Assembly: GCA_002633005.1 (NCBI GenBank)
Contig: NMRA01000369.1
Coordinates: 346,502-410,501 of the forward strand
Length of the DNA: 64,000 bases
From: Phoronis australis
Lineage: Eukaryota > Animalia > Phoronida
Direction: 5' to 3'
Under the pieces are notes generated by a model that was not told where the DNA came from, did not search any database, and saw only the letters and a program-made list of their open reading frames with translations. Positions 26,701 to 41,700 of the stretch are shown in pieces. The stretch's first letter is position 1. Each line of letters opens with the position of its first letter. A program made the translations under genes and the position numbers.

Positions 26701-29700
26701 TGTATATCCTATTATCTCCACCATACTGTGTCCCAAACTGGTGAGATTTTAAAATGCCACTTTTGAACCCAATTACAATTAAAAGACAGGAAATTGTAAA
26801 ATTGAACTGTACTAGTTTAGAGTGATCTATCTGGGGCGTGTTGTGATGTATGTGTTTTTACACCTGATCTTGCTCATCTCTCCTGGGTTGGCAAACTGCT
26901 TGAGCAAGGTTGATAACCTGTTCCTTAATCAAGGGCTCAGTATATCTAGGGATGACACCTCAAAGGTTCCAGAACCTCAATGATAAACACACCTCATGTC
27001 CATGTTCATTGGTGCACAACTCAGCACAAACTATCTACAGCCCATCTGTGGCTGTCAGTTCTACATATCAACATGCTGTTAGTCCCCTAGATAAACATAC
27101 CCAGCAGCAGCACACCAGTCTGATTCTCAAAGCCCAGGTCTAAATGAGTGTACAAGTGCAATTTGAGCGACCTCCAAGAGCTAAGTGGAAGCACAGTGTT
27201 GTAAACTGTCTGGCACACTGCCAGTTTCAATGGAGTTGGTGTTTCTCTGAAAATGTGGGCCAGTGCCTGATGCAGTCATGTTGGCGATTTGATACCCTTT
27301 TGACATTTTGTGGCTGACTTTACTCATGTAGGAAGTGTGAGTGGGCTGTTACTCATTCATTCACTCTTGTGTCAGTGGTCTTTACATACCTCTCATAACC
27401 ATGACATCATTCATGGTGAGAAATTAGCTTTGGCCGAATCAAGAGTTACTGTTTCTTGGTTTTTGAATAACGTTCAAGAATTGAGAAAATGGTGTTTTTA
27501 ACTGAATGAATACATTTTGTCTGGAACACTAAAATCTTTCAACAATACACAATTAATATAAGATCAAACTTGTCAACCTGTTCTCTGCAAAAATTTCCCA
27601 TGCGCTTTCTGACAAAAAAGGTGTGACGTTTTAAGGCTACTTACTATAGTAAAATTGATCTGTAATTTTATGAGCTTGGTCTATGAACAATTTTCTAAAA
27701 GCAAACTCAACTTATCTTGGCAGTTAAGTCAATGCTTTGCTAATACTGGGTTTAACTTGGTGCTAAAATGCCATGGGAAATGTGTTAAGATCTATCAGTG
27801 GTTGATTTACACTGGACACAGTTCTCCAGAGTCCAGATGAATCTAATTCAGACAATTGGTGCTTTATGCAGTTATGTGTCAAGCAAAATAACCTAACAAC
27901 TTCTCCCATAGCTATGGTATGGACCAAGTCTGATTTCTAATTCTGTGAAAGTTGTGACATGTTTTGTTTCAAATCATTAGTTGTTTTTAAATGTTAACAA
28001 GCTTGGGGCTATATTCAAAGGATTCTGTGTTTGCCTGTCGCAGCTGACTCATCCACTTAAAGTAGGGGAAGACAAAGGGAATCAGTATTCATAGGTTTCA
28101 AGAGTGTTATATCATCAACCATCTGGGTCCTTATAAGCTGTCTCCAATAAGCAGTAATACCATCACATATGATAAGTTCAAACTGCAGTCTGATAAGCTT
28201 GTTCAACTAAAGCTGCAAACAAAGCCGATTTTCAAACAACTTGAGCCGATGTTTACACCGAAATACTCATGTTTGTGAACATCAGTTGGACATCCATACC
28301 ATTCTAGCCTGTGCTGATCATGGCTAATTTTCAAACTAAGATTACTACACTCCCTCTGCTGGAGACACTGGATCTTGTTAGCCACAGGTGATTTTCACAT
28401 TTTTAAGAATTCTTAAGTATTGTAGGATATTTTTTTCTCAGAGATTTTCACAATTTAGATCTTGCTTTTAAATGTAATTTATACTTTATAAGTCAGCTGC
28501 TGTTAATAAATGGTGAAGGCAAAAATTTGAAACTCTAGTCAAGTTACTGATGAATCTTCGAGCTAAAGCAATAGATGAACCTCCATAGACCTTATTCACG
28601 CAGTCACCGTTTTACAAATGAGCCTGTTTTTAGGTTTAACAAACAATGCATTTGAGACATAAATATAACGAGGTACGCAAAAAATTTCAATTTTGCTCTG
28701 TGATTAAGTGCGGAATGCATTGTTTTTAAAACCTAAGAGGAAGCTCTTTGTAATATGCATTTGTGTGAATAAGGTGGCCGTGATCAAGTAATACCAAAGA
28801 TTGAAAACAAAAAGGTTACGCCCAGGAACATGCTCTGAAACAAACATTGCGTTACATCCTGGCTTTAACCCAGATTTATTTTTTATTGATGTCCAAATTC
28901 ATCAGATGATTATCTAAGACTGGCAAGAAGTGGAAAACAAAAGCGACGCCAGAGTGTAGCATAAAAACCGTGTTTCAATATTTGGCAAATATCATCCTCA
29001 GCCACTAAGGTCAAACAGAGAAGGAATGCTCACTTCACATAACAGTGCATGACAAAGAATCTGTCAACATTAGCTACCAGCAATATTGCAGTCATTTCCA
29101 TGCTGCACGCTATTGTTGTTTTTGTTTTCCACTTCTTGCTTTTAATTTGACAAGAAACTAACATTACCGGTAATTACCGCTTTATCAAAGACTAGGCTGT
29201 GCCTCACCTGAGGAAGATGGCAAATTCTCATGTTCTTAAAGCCCTACATAAGTTCATGGTTGGTTGTTTGAACAAACAGGTGCACTGAATATGAACAGTG
29301 TCATCAACCAGTTAAATATGACCGTGAGGGTGATCATTCTGATTTCCAATATCTCGCTGTATTAGAATTTGGAAACCAACTTTTACCACACCGGGCGTGG
29401 ACCGTAAAAACTTCAGCCGTTCAAAATAGCATTTACCGCAGAACCCTGAACTTCCAAACATACTTTATCACTCTCACCACAGACTATTTTCAACTGCAAG
29501 CTACTGAAAAGACATCACATAGAATCTGGGTTGTGCACTTAGTTTTTTGTGGTGTGTGATAAGGTTGAGCGCCCATAGTAAGAGCTGGTTTCCCTCTCCT
29601 GACTATCTGTGCTAGTATGTCACAGCATTTCTCAAGCATTGACTGTTCATTGACAATGGCCAGTTTCATTCCTGTCTTTATTCATTCTTGCCTTTATTCA

Positions 29701-32700
29701 ACCACCTTTATTCAACCATTAATGCATTGCTGTCTCTAGATCCTTTCTATAATCAATAGGCTGATGTTTGAACAATGACTGGCATGTGTTGTGCTCAAAC
29801 TAGCATGACCAGACTTTCAGACTTAAAAAGAGTTTGGCATTTAGAGAATTAGGAAACAGTTGCTGAGCCAGTTCAAGGGTATTCTTTGTAATTGGCAACA
29901 ACAAAGCAGCTGTTCTGTCTTTGTTAGCCAATCAGCCTTTACAGATTTACTTAGTAATAGAACATACCAATTACCCAACACTCCACTGTTTCTCAAGTAG
30001 GCCTAACTTTGTAGACTCTATCTCAGGGTGTTATTGTAGTTGATAACACTTGAAAGTACGTACAAAATTATGGAAAATATAACATGCTTTTTTGTTTTCC
30101 TCTTTTTGTAGGGCCTCGTTGACAAGTATGTATAAAACTAAATATCTACAAAACTAAAGATATCAACTCAGTAAAAGTGTTCTATACAATTTGATTTTTT
30201 ACTTTTACTAATCTCACCGTGTCCTTTTGAGTTATCAAAAAGAAAGGTAGACTGATAATAAATGATTACTGGATCAAATTTTGTTTATGTAAAATGGTGA
30301 AGATGAGATCTCAAAAACACAGTACATTTTCAATTTCATTTTATGCCAGAAAATGAACAAAATTACAATATCAATGTTTTTTGACATTTTCATCTAAATG
30401 CTCTTACAAAAACCCAAGTTCTAACATTGCACTGAGTACAAATGACCATTAGGATAGCAGTATGTTTCCCATTTGTTACTGTCATAAAACCAGGAACTGA
30501 ATAGCTGTGCTAATATCAACTTTTGTCCAAGGGTGTAAATGCAATTGGTCAGTTTTCAAGTAGAGTTTTGCTAGGCTTCGATGGTTGTTTTGAAGTTAAT
30601 TCTGTTGACGCATGCATATAGTACGTTAAGTTAAACCAACTTTATCTCCTATTGCAGTTTTGCACACTATGCCTTCTAAACATGTACCAGTCACTTTATA
30701 TATAATATATCGTGTCATTTCAAGGCCCTCGATGCCTTGGTTTTGATACAGAATATCGGCCACATTCCCCAATGCAAAATATAAAATTTTGTGAAATCCC
30801 TATCATTAAAAAATATTAAAAAGTTCTCCTTCAATGATTAACAAATTCTCCCGAGAATCAGAACCACTTACAAATACCCATTTCAGAATCTAGATAAAAC
30901 CCTAGGATTTTCCTTAGCACTTTCTCAGTAGCAAAAATGCCAGTCTGTGTGAACGGCTACAAGTGTCTCTTCTATTGGCGTTTTTCACTAGCACTTTTGT
31001 AGCCTGATGGCTCAATCAAAGGACACGCGCATTAAACAATCTATGATAGAGAGTGAACATGTTTTACATCAGTTTTCAATTTAAAAGTGACTCAGCGACG
31101 AGGAAACAAACTAACTGTTGGCAAAAATTTCCCTTTCACCGAAAACAACCATTGAATTACCCTTTCACTGAAAAAAACTCTAAACCTCACAGACAACTGT
31201 GGCTACAATTCTTGGGTTTTAGCCTATGGAACTGCTAATGCGAACGTAGTATAAGCGATTTGAAACATTTCTTTTGGTGGTGGTGACAGAGGAAGGAAGA
31301 TTTTCCACTCAACCAAAACATCTCCCCCCGTAGAAGGTACAGGCACCTTTCCCCTCAAGGGAGAGGGCCCATTTCAGAATCCTTGTAAAGTGTAACTTGG
31401 AAAGAATCAATGAAACTAGTCAGACCTGCATTTAGAAGATACATGAATATTATGTTCATTTTCCTTTTTACTGTTTTATACTGCAATGTCATGAGTGCGA
31501 CTCTTACTCTAATCTAACAAGTGTAGTCCTGCCGTTTTGCGACTACTAGCAAAGTGTACTTTTTATTTTAGGCGAGTGAAGATGGATGACCAGGATCAGT
31601 TTTACGACGATGAGTTCCTCAAACTCAGCTCCTCTCCAAGTCAGCAGTCTATTCAGAGCAGCAGATCACCGTCCTCTATGTTTATGGTCAAGCGGAGGAT
31701 TGACTCGCGTCTCGCCAGCAGGTCTGGCAATCTATCAGCGCGCAACTCTCGTAGCTCATTAGACACGTCGGCACCGCATCTGCACGCAACAGTACGTGAC
31801 AGGAACGCCTGTATGTACAACAATGAGGCGATGGCAGACGTCCACTTCATTGTGGGAGGTTTAGGAAACAGCCAGAGAATCCCGGGTAAGATCCAGGCTT
31901 GTGTATGTTATCTAAGCACTTCAAAGCAGGTTGTGTATGTAAACATTAAAGGTTAACTTTTTCCTGCTAACTTGTCCAGCTTATCAAGGTTGCCACGGTT
32001 GTGGTATCAGAAGTGCGTTATTTTTTGTCCCGTCTAATTTGAGACAAAGATGTCTTGTGGGATCTCAGCTCACTAAACATGGTAACTTGCACATAACAGT
32101 TTGAGGCATCATAATTACCACATCAAGGCTGTAAATAGTCTAGTTTAATGAAGTTGCTGGATTTTATAGCTCACTTTCAAAGTCAAGTGTTAGGTCACCA
32201 TGACAGAACCCTCAATTAAGCCTAAAAGCTGATGTAGGACACAAGAATGTATACCCAGTTGTCCTAATGCTGCAATTCCCCTGTTTTGAAGAACTTTAGT
32301 CTATAGCAAAGAGTAAATTGTCATCGTAGCTCCTCTGAGAATAGGAGGATTAAACTGCAGAATGGGGAAGTCCTGTGTTATAGGAAAGAATAAATTATTT
32401 ATGGGAAGAGCAATCACTAGTGAGCGTGATGCAATATACGTTTTTAATTGCGAGTGCCAATCATTTACGCCATCGGGTGTTAAATCAAGATAGAACTGCG
32501 GATAACACTGATAAATTTGCTTTCCAGAGAGGAGTTAGTGGTAAATTAAGGGGGAGTTGCAAAAATTAGGCTTTCTATAGACCAGAGTTGTCATGATGAA
32601 AGGAAGTAAATGACGGTGTTTTAAGTGGTTGTCCAGCTGCCGGGCTGCGATTCACATGGCACTTTTTGGAGTTCTTAGTATTAACAAGGAAAATACAAAA

Positions 32701-35700
32701 AATCCACTTCGGTAAAAACCATAGTTTTATCTTTGTCTGAATAAATGGATGTTGGTGAGTGAATTTTTCCTAAACATAGTTTGTTGACATTTTTGTCGTA
32801 AATGAATGCAAATGTGGAATTTGCAGATAACTAATTTCAAATATGGATTTCAAATTCACACAGTTGCCTCACTTGCTCTGTCTTATTAATTCAGAACAGA
32901 TGGGGATTAGGTAGTGTAGTATTTCTCAGTATGGTGAAGATCAACTAACTTTTGGTTTAAGCCTGAAAACATGACTGTGAAATGTTCATTGAAATGATGG
33001 CAATATCTCTAATTCGCTAAGAAGTTAGTCTTCAATGCATACTGTTATCCAGTCCTAAAGACAGGATTGATGAAACCAAACCAGGATGTTTACGAATCAA
33101 GTGTGAGTTATTCTCTTGGTATATAAATATGCTGGGCTGAAATCTCAACACAGGTTCCTGTTATTAACCATCTGGTGTGGGGGGGGGGGATACTGCTAGA
33201 CTGCTAGTGATTTAGAGGAAGCAACAATGTATGTTTTCTCATGACTCAGCTCGGGAATTAATGTGACATTTAGAATCTAAAGTGAAAGCATGCTCTAAGC
33301 TGTTATTTGTATGCAGGCATTTTGTGCCAGTAATTACGAGTTTCCAGATTTAACAAGTATTTATACGACACCTGTACAGTCAATAAAAGTGACACCTGTA
33401 GGGTTAATGCAGGTGTCACTTTCATTAGGATGTATGTGTATACATCGTCATTTGGTGGATCAGCCCCCCACCCTTACTTTTGAGACAATAACATCTCACC
33501 GATTCCGGACAAAAATAATTGCCAAAGTTCACTTTCTTCATTTTCAACAATGCCTAAAATTTTTCAAAATGCTGTCTATTGGTGGATGTGGTACAGAGCT
33601 TGAATAGGTATCATTCTGCTACTGTAAATCATGAAAATGTGTGTGAAATAATGCATGATTTCACCTGTTTGCCTTATTGTGTCCTATACTGGTGAGATTT
33701 TATAGTACTCAGATTTGAGCTTCAACACAGCTGAATCTTTACAGGCCTACTTCTTAGGAACTGGTGAATGCCAGCCATAGTTTAAATTCCTAACAAAGAA
33801 TTAATCCTATGAATGGCCAAATATCAATTTGTGTTTGTTCTGGTGCTTTCCTTTGAGAAAACACCCATTGCCACCAATTAGTACGTTTGTGATTACCGGC
33901 GGTGATATTTGCATTATGAGGACCAGTAAACAAAAGCTGCGTAATTTAAGATTTGGATGATTGCATTACTTGGACTAATTGCTGGCCATTCATATGGTAT
34001 TGATCTGAATCTCTTGTTGCTTGGCTTGTTTTGAGTAGATGGATTGCTGTTAATTGTACTGAAACTGCATATTACAATTAGAAAGATAACCGAAACCTAG
34101 TCAGCGTTACTGCATGAGCAAAAGAAAGAGTAGATGAAATACCAAGTGATATCCAAGCTGTTAAGATTACAATTACACATATGTGTGTCTCTGGAAAACT
34201 CGCCTGATTGATTTCCATAGGCATTTGCAGCTTCGCTTATGTTGTCCACTAAGTCCACTGACCATACAAAAATCAATTATCTTCTTTAGTGATGACCAAG
34301 TTGACCTTTCTAAATGTTAATGTCTACAGGTCACAAGTATGTGCTGGCGACGGGAAGTTCAGTGTTCCATGCCATGTTTTATGGCAGTTTGGCTGATGGT
34401 CGTGGTGAGGTAGTCATACCTGACGTTGAACCTAAAGCCTTCCTCAATATGCTCAGGTAGGGGCACCACATATACCTCCGGTTAGACAGTTCCAACAGGT
34501 TTCGTTGACCTCATAAAAACAGACTTGCATTCAATTTAGACATTTTGATTGTGTTTGGAAAACCTTCAAAACTTGCCAAATGTGAATTTAATGAATTCTA
34601 ATAGTAATTGAATTAGAAGATGTCAAAGTGCAACACTTTTGTGAACTTTTTATTATCCAACTAAGTCTTGTTGGTCGAGTAAAACTCACATAAGCCACAT
34701 CTCACCAAGATCGTACTTGAGAAAAGCAAAATATGACTCATCGGAGCACTTGCTTGTAAAAACTAATTAAAAACTGTTCCAAAAAACTTTTTACTACATG
34801 AATCTTACTGTATTTCCAGTCTATGAGAATGACATGCTATTCGAATGTGTTATAGGTATCTCTACTGTGATGAGATTGACCTGGAGCCAGACACCATCAT
34901 GGCCACTCTATATGTGGCCAAGAAATACCTAATTCCTCACCTAGTCAACGAATGCGTGTCCTTTCTTAGCACAAGTCTCAACGCCAAGAACGCCTGTATG
35001 CTACTCAGTCAAAGTCGGATGTTTGCCGAGGAGAAACTGACACAGCACTGCTGGGAGGTGATCGAGGCTCAGGGAGAGGAGACCCTGAAGGCGGAGAGCT
35101 TCACGGACATTGACCAAGACACACTGAACACCATCCTCAGTCACGAAACGCTCAACATGAGCGAGTTACTGCTGTTCAGGGCCACCATGAGGTGGGCTAG
35201 AGCGGAGTGTGCCAGGAGGGAGCTTGAGCCCTCTGTGGAGAACCAGAGAATGGTTCTGGGGAAGACATTGTTTCTACTGCGCATACCCACGCTCAGTCTG
35301 GAGGACTTTGCTAACAACGTCGCCCAGTCTCAGATCTTGACCGTTCAGGAGACGCACGATATTTTCATGTACTACACAGCCAAGGACAAGCCGCTGCTGC
35401 AGTTCCCCACCGTCCACAGAAAAGGTCTTAAGCCCATCTGCTGTCGCCGATTTCAGTCGTCGGCATTCCGCAATAATCAATGGCGATACCGCGGTCGCTG
35501 TGACAGTATTCAGTTCATGGTCGACGACAGAATATTCATAGCTGGCTATGGTCTGTATGGATCGAGCAAAGGCAAGACAAAATACAAAGTGAAATTAGAG
35601 CTCAAGCATAACTCGCTGATGTTGGGCGAAAATACGGCTGAGCTGGAAACACCAGGTTCGAGTGAAATATTTCCAGTCATGTTTACTACACCGGTGCAAA

Positions 35701-38700
35701 TTGAGCCAGGTAGATTTTATACGGCTAGTGTAACACTAGAAGGCTCTGAACTCAGCTTCTTCGGTCAGGATGGACTCTCTGAAGTGCAATGTGACAATGT
35801 GACATTTCAGTTCCAATATTCATCGGACAGCACTAATGGAACAGGGGTTCAGCGAGGTCAAATACCAGACATTATATTCTACCACCAAAAGAACTAAAGG
35901 CCCCGTCTGCCGAGCAATGGAACGTATCGTAAACATGTTTTTTGTTGTAATCCTACAGCCTGCAAGCGTGTTATGGATCCATTCAGGATCATGATAAAAT
36001 TTACAGGACGGAGTTTTACAAGTTTCTTTTTTATTACTGCTGTGCTTTTGTTCTTTACATTGTGAATCAATGTATTGTATGAAGTTCATCGATGTTAAAA
36101 TTTCTGTAGGGTAAAATAATGTCTACTCTAGGAATGTACAGTGACTATTTAAGAGAAGTAGAGTGATAGTGAATTGCAAATGAGTATCAGTTGGTAGTTA
36201 TAACAAAAGGCAAGGTGCAAGTAGTCTTTTTATGCTCACAACAAAAACTTAGAAAATCTCACCAAAATTGATTAGTTATGACAAGAACAATGAAAATATT
36301 GAAGGAAATGGATAATTATTGGGAAATTTTGCCAAAAAATGAGACTGATTTTTGAATGTTTGATGTCTCGATATTTCTTAAACTTTTCTTAAACTGCAAG
36401 TAGTGAAATTGCCATTCTTTCAAAAATTGACGGCAAATTTAAATTTGTGAGAGAAGTAACAGTTCAGTCTCTACTGTGATCCAAGGCTGTCGACAATCTT
36501 ACTTTAAATTATAGTTTGACTAGTATGTGAGCTGTATGTAAATGGTTGTAAAAGTGCTTTTTCTACCTATATTATTTATTGACACTTTAGTATCCTGATA
36601 TAGTAGCAAATGAATGTGTCAGTTGCGCATTTGTGGCTAGATCCTGTGAGACAAGATGCCAACAGCAGGGCACAACTGCATTAGGTCAGATTAGACGATA
36701 ATTTATTTAAAAGTGTAATTAGCATTAGTTAAGTGGACTGTATAATTAGGTTACTTGAAATACTGCTGGGCAGTATGGATTTATGATCTGTCATAAAACA
36801 TTCATGAGCCACTTAGTCCTGTAGTGACAGCGGTTCTCGAGGTGTTTTATACTTAGATAATGTACAGTTGCACGGCGTCATGGCAGCAAGACGACTCGAA
36901 AAATCTCCAGGGGGTTAAAATGGGACTACGCTGTGAAATGATAACACAGTGGGGTACTATTTACAGAGCATTTGATGTAAATATAGAGAATGTGATATTC
37001 CGTTTTCAAAACGTATCATTTGTCTGTGTACAACCCAAGAATACCTAAATTATGTGAATTTCGTTTGAAACGTCCAATTCCGTGAAAGGAATCGAATTCT
37101 TTGAATCCCGTCCATTTCTGTTATTATCAGAAAACGAAGGTCTCGATATGTACATCAGAGCTTATCCTTTGTGTATCATTGTGTATCATTGATGGGAGGG
37201 GTTTGTAATTTGGGAACTTTGTTGTGTGTAAGTTACAGGGTTAGAAAAATAGTACACTCCTTTTGTGAAGGTTGATCTCTGATGACAGGATCCGACTCGG
37301 GTCAGTTTCTCGACACCCAATGCCAGAGTAAATACAACACAGTGAAACTAGCAAACATCAGGTTGAACCAGGAGAGATTTTCAACCAACTTTTAATCAAT
37401 CCTGAAAATATCTGAAGAGCAGAGTGCATGGCTACACTATGTAGTGTTGTCAGAGTTTGGTCATGATTCAACCTACGTCAAACCTATGCAAATTGACACA
37501 CTTTTAAGCACATCTCAAGGCGAGCTGGCGAAACTGTGTTAATTCAAATATATGTCGTAATTCAGCCAGTTAAATAACATTTGTTGACGGATTAGTCTTT
37601 TGAGAATATTGCGTGCAAGTTTCATGGGATCCATTTCCTTGTTTTAAATTAAACTTTGTGTACAAAAGCCGTTAACTTTGACTAGGATTATTTAATGGTG
37701 CTTTCTAGTGTTCGTTAGTATAATTAGTTTCACTACTTGACATGTTGTGAAACGGAAAACAAAGTCATCAATTATGTTTTCTATTGAACCTTAAATTGCA
37801 ATATTGTGGCGTGCACTATTAATTTCGGGAAAAAAATTATTGTATGAATGTACATAGTCATGCTAACTGTAATTAAAGTAATAATAAATTGTAATCATTT
37901 TGTAAGTCAATCCCAACTTCTGTTATATGGTGTATAGCGTCTTCTCTTACTCCTGTATTCTGCAGGGCTTGGAATTTTCCTTCGGTTTCAATTTTCTCTT
38001 ATTTGATTTCCATTTTTTGTCATTATTTTGATTTTTTTCATGCAAAAACATTTATTTCAGTTAAATTTTACAACACAAAAATATTTTTATCGCCCAAGCC
38101 TATTTGTGGAACAACACATCACGTGGAAAATTTTCCTCTTTTTTGTCATTGATCATTCCAAGCTCCGATTCTGTGACGTGAATACCTAGGACTTATTTAA
38201 GACAAAGTGGTGACATGAGCCAGACTTGGACAAGATTGAATGTGTCAGTGCCATACCAATTAATAATTTTTGCCTTCTAGGCTCATGAACGACCACAGCT
38301 GTTATCTATTCATTCTCGCCATTACAACCTGAAAGCTACACAATCAACCATTCTGTGCATACTGAGGATGGTTGACATTCAGTTGTTCGGTTGACATTCA
38401 TTTGTATCAAACGGCAAGCAAGACAAGTCATTCAAAGTATGTCAACTCCACCCGTATATTGCAAATGCACTTAATACGACAACTCCCAGCAGTGAACAGG
38501 TTTAGTAACAATCCAACTCACAGTTCATTTACAACATTCACACAGTTCTTACCTATGGCTGGTACATTTATGTGTAGTTCCCTTGACAACTGCAGGTACG
38601 TCTTGCCAAGTGTAAACACATTGACCTACAAATATAAATCAAAGCCTTTAAGCACTGAAATGTTCAATAACCAACACCACATGAGTTACGAACCAATTGC

Positions 38701-41700
38701 ACCGAATTACACAGAATTGTCGAGTTCTGGGGTTCTGCGAGGGGGGGGGTTAAGTGTGCAATAAACATGCACCTTGTGTCAAACATTGCCTTGATTGAGA
38801 CCACTTGCAGATATAAAATCAATCTTGTCATGTTCCTTGCTCCGATTAGAAATGATTTCTAGGTTTGAGAACTGACAGACCATCAAGTGACAGGCCAGGC
38901 TCCTTAACATCCTCGTCAGAGCAGGTTACTGTCAATTGCTGAAACTAATGGCCAACTGGGGAATGAAAACTCACTAGGTGGCGCTAGTATAACAAGGGTC
39001 CTAATCATAAAAAGCCTGCATTTGGGTAGTCATTGTGATTGCCCATACATGACCCCAATGTGATGATCTGCTTTCTGCTCTCAATCTATTCAGATGTTAA
39101 AAAGAGGGGCCTTTCTCACAAGCACCTCCCAAGTGTTAACAAAGCTTTCAAAAAGCAATTAACTTATGATGAAACTTGACGTTTTTGACACCTGAGTATA
39201 GTTGACACCTGCGTGCACTGCATGTCGCAGCTAAACCAATTTGGACTTGTTTACCACGAGCCTATTCCCAGGAATTGAGATCTGTCTCAACTTCCAAACT
39301 TTGAAACTTCCACAACCAGCAAGTTAGTCAAAATTAAAAACAAAACTTAGGTCAAACCTAAGATCTCTTTCTTGAAATGGACTTGAGACAAATTTAAGTT
39401 TTACCTTAAAGTTGACTGAAATTTAAGATTCATCTTATCTAAGTCAATGGAACGAATCCCATGTTTATTACTGGAGCAAGTCCTCAAGAAACGGTGAGAG
39501 TGCTTTACAGGTAAATGAGACAATCGCTAATTGATCTCAATGGATTCCTATAGCCTAGTTAGATTACACAATTGTCCAAAATGAACCAGACTGAAATATT
39601 GGCTATTGTGAGGATAACCCTAAACTATATATTGCGTGACAACTAAAATCATGAGCCATATCCATTCATTAAGGGTTCAATTCAGAAAATATTGCTTTAA
39701 GGACTCAAAGAGCCATCCCTGGGTAACACTCGAGAGATGCTATTCTTACAAATGAATAGTGCCATCAAACTGAATATTGTCCAACACACAGGACTTCACG
39801 TTGTCAAGCAAATGCAGTATTCAATTGCATGTAGACCTGAACAGTGAATTTCGATATGTGACCAGTCCACTCTTTTTCAAAATCAGTATCAATAAATAAT
39901 AGGTATTTATAATTATTCATTTCGCTATTCATCTTACAATTCGTGTACAAACCTTTAAATGCTAGTCCAAATGCACCCCTACGTGAAAAGCACCAATTGA
40001 CTCTGTGCCATCACAGAAGACAATCTGTTACATGTCTTGTGGATAGTAATAATCATTACAAAGGCCCCAGATCCTGAGAAACGGCAACACTTTGATAAAA
40101 CGTGTCCACATTTTAAGAACCAGTTGATGCTTGTTATTCAGAGGAGAAAACTAGTTCTCAAAATCGGGCACGTTATATCAGAAATAGCTCCTCCACTGAA
40201 CAACAGGCATCTAACTGGTTCTCAAAATCCAGGACCCCTGTAAACGACTAACTAGTGCACTAGTGCCCCTTGAACAGCAGCTTGTCATGGTGAGAAATTC
40301 AACCCACAGTCTCAAGATACCCAGTGCCTTGAACACTAGACCACCATTGAAGCACTGTCAATAGATATCTCAACATCGAAAGAAGAGAAATTGTCACAAA
40401 TGTTGAATAGAAATATGTGAAACGTACCTGCAAAATGTCACTAAAATCCAGTAACATGTCTGTAGAGTTTAGTTAAGGTTGACAGTACCAGGATCACAGC
40501 AAATCACCTTAAAATAAAACCACTGGGAACATGTGCTTACTAAGTCTATTAATCTTAAGCCCCACACAGCAGTTTCAGACCCCAATAAATAGAATTAACA
40601 CCAGTGATTTTTTTCTGTAAAAGCAATCAATAAACTACATGGAATCCTTGGTGTCATCATGAGTAACTAAAAAATCAAATGCCAACTCTCTGTTTAAAAA
40701 AAACGAGTTCCACCCTAAAACATGAATGGAAACACAAAGGGTTTCATGGGGAACATTGCGTGGGGCTTTAAAGTCTTACTGCTCTTGCACATGCAGAGTT
40801 CAACCGATGTCACAGCGCCACCTATATGGAAACATGGCCCTGTAATGATGATGAAAGGCACATGGAATTCCGTGTGTGGGCTTCAGTGCGCATGTCTTGG
40901 TTTGGACGTTTATGGTAAACATATGTTGTGGGAATGAACTGGAAATTATAGTGAATTGTTTAGTTGTATGTTTGACGGCTTGTAATCTTGCATGCGCCTG
41001 AACTATAGACTTAGTGCATGTTAAAATAAAACTGCGCCACTGTCACAAAAATAGACTCAACTTTGAACATTGTACATGGGTATTAGGATTCAGAATAATG
41101 GCAACTGCTGATTTGAGAGAAGTAAAAAAAATCATTCCATGATTTTAGACTCCATTAATTTATGTCTCATTAGTTTTAAACTTTTAGGTAGAACTTCAAA
41201 TTTCTCAGGAAATTAATACCTTATTTCCCAATGTATGGATATTTTAGGGCACCTTCACTTCCCCATTTGTGTGCCACTCTGGACTACTCATGCCCAAAAC
41301 TCTATTTTTACACACAATATTCCCCTTCATTCATATTCTATCTTCCCACACCCACATTATGTGCTCGTGTACAAACCAACCCTCCTCCCACACATTATTT
41401 GTGACCCAAGACGCTGGTTTTCTAATCACAAAGTTTACAAATTTGTATTAACCTCACAGGGTTGCTGTTTAATTTTTGTTCAATAAAATATCTGAATAAC
41501 TTAAAATCAAATAGAAATTATCTTTTTTTAATATATACTGTGAATGTTACCTAGTTTATTGTCGATCGTTTACCAATACTTGCACATATCAACATTGTTG
41601 AATACAGAGTGCATTAAATAGCACTTGCACTGCGTCATTAACAAACATTGTCAATTTATGAATATTTGCTTCATTTTGGATTTCATTTTTACACATTCAA

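Noticed and set aside
35274-36089. Minus-strand ORFs over the BTBD last exon
   Set aside because: Antisense shadows of a GC-richer coding exon.
38372-38764. 130-aa + strand ORF
   Set aside because: Overlaps the minus-strand BRF1 exon 38625-38553 and has no domain features.
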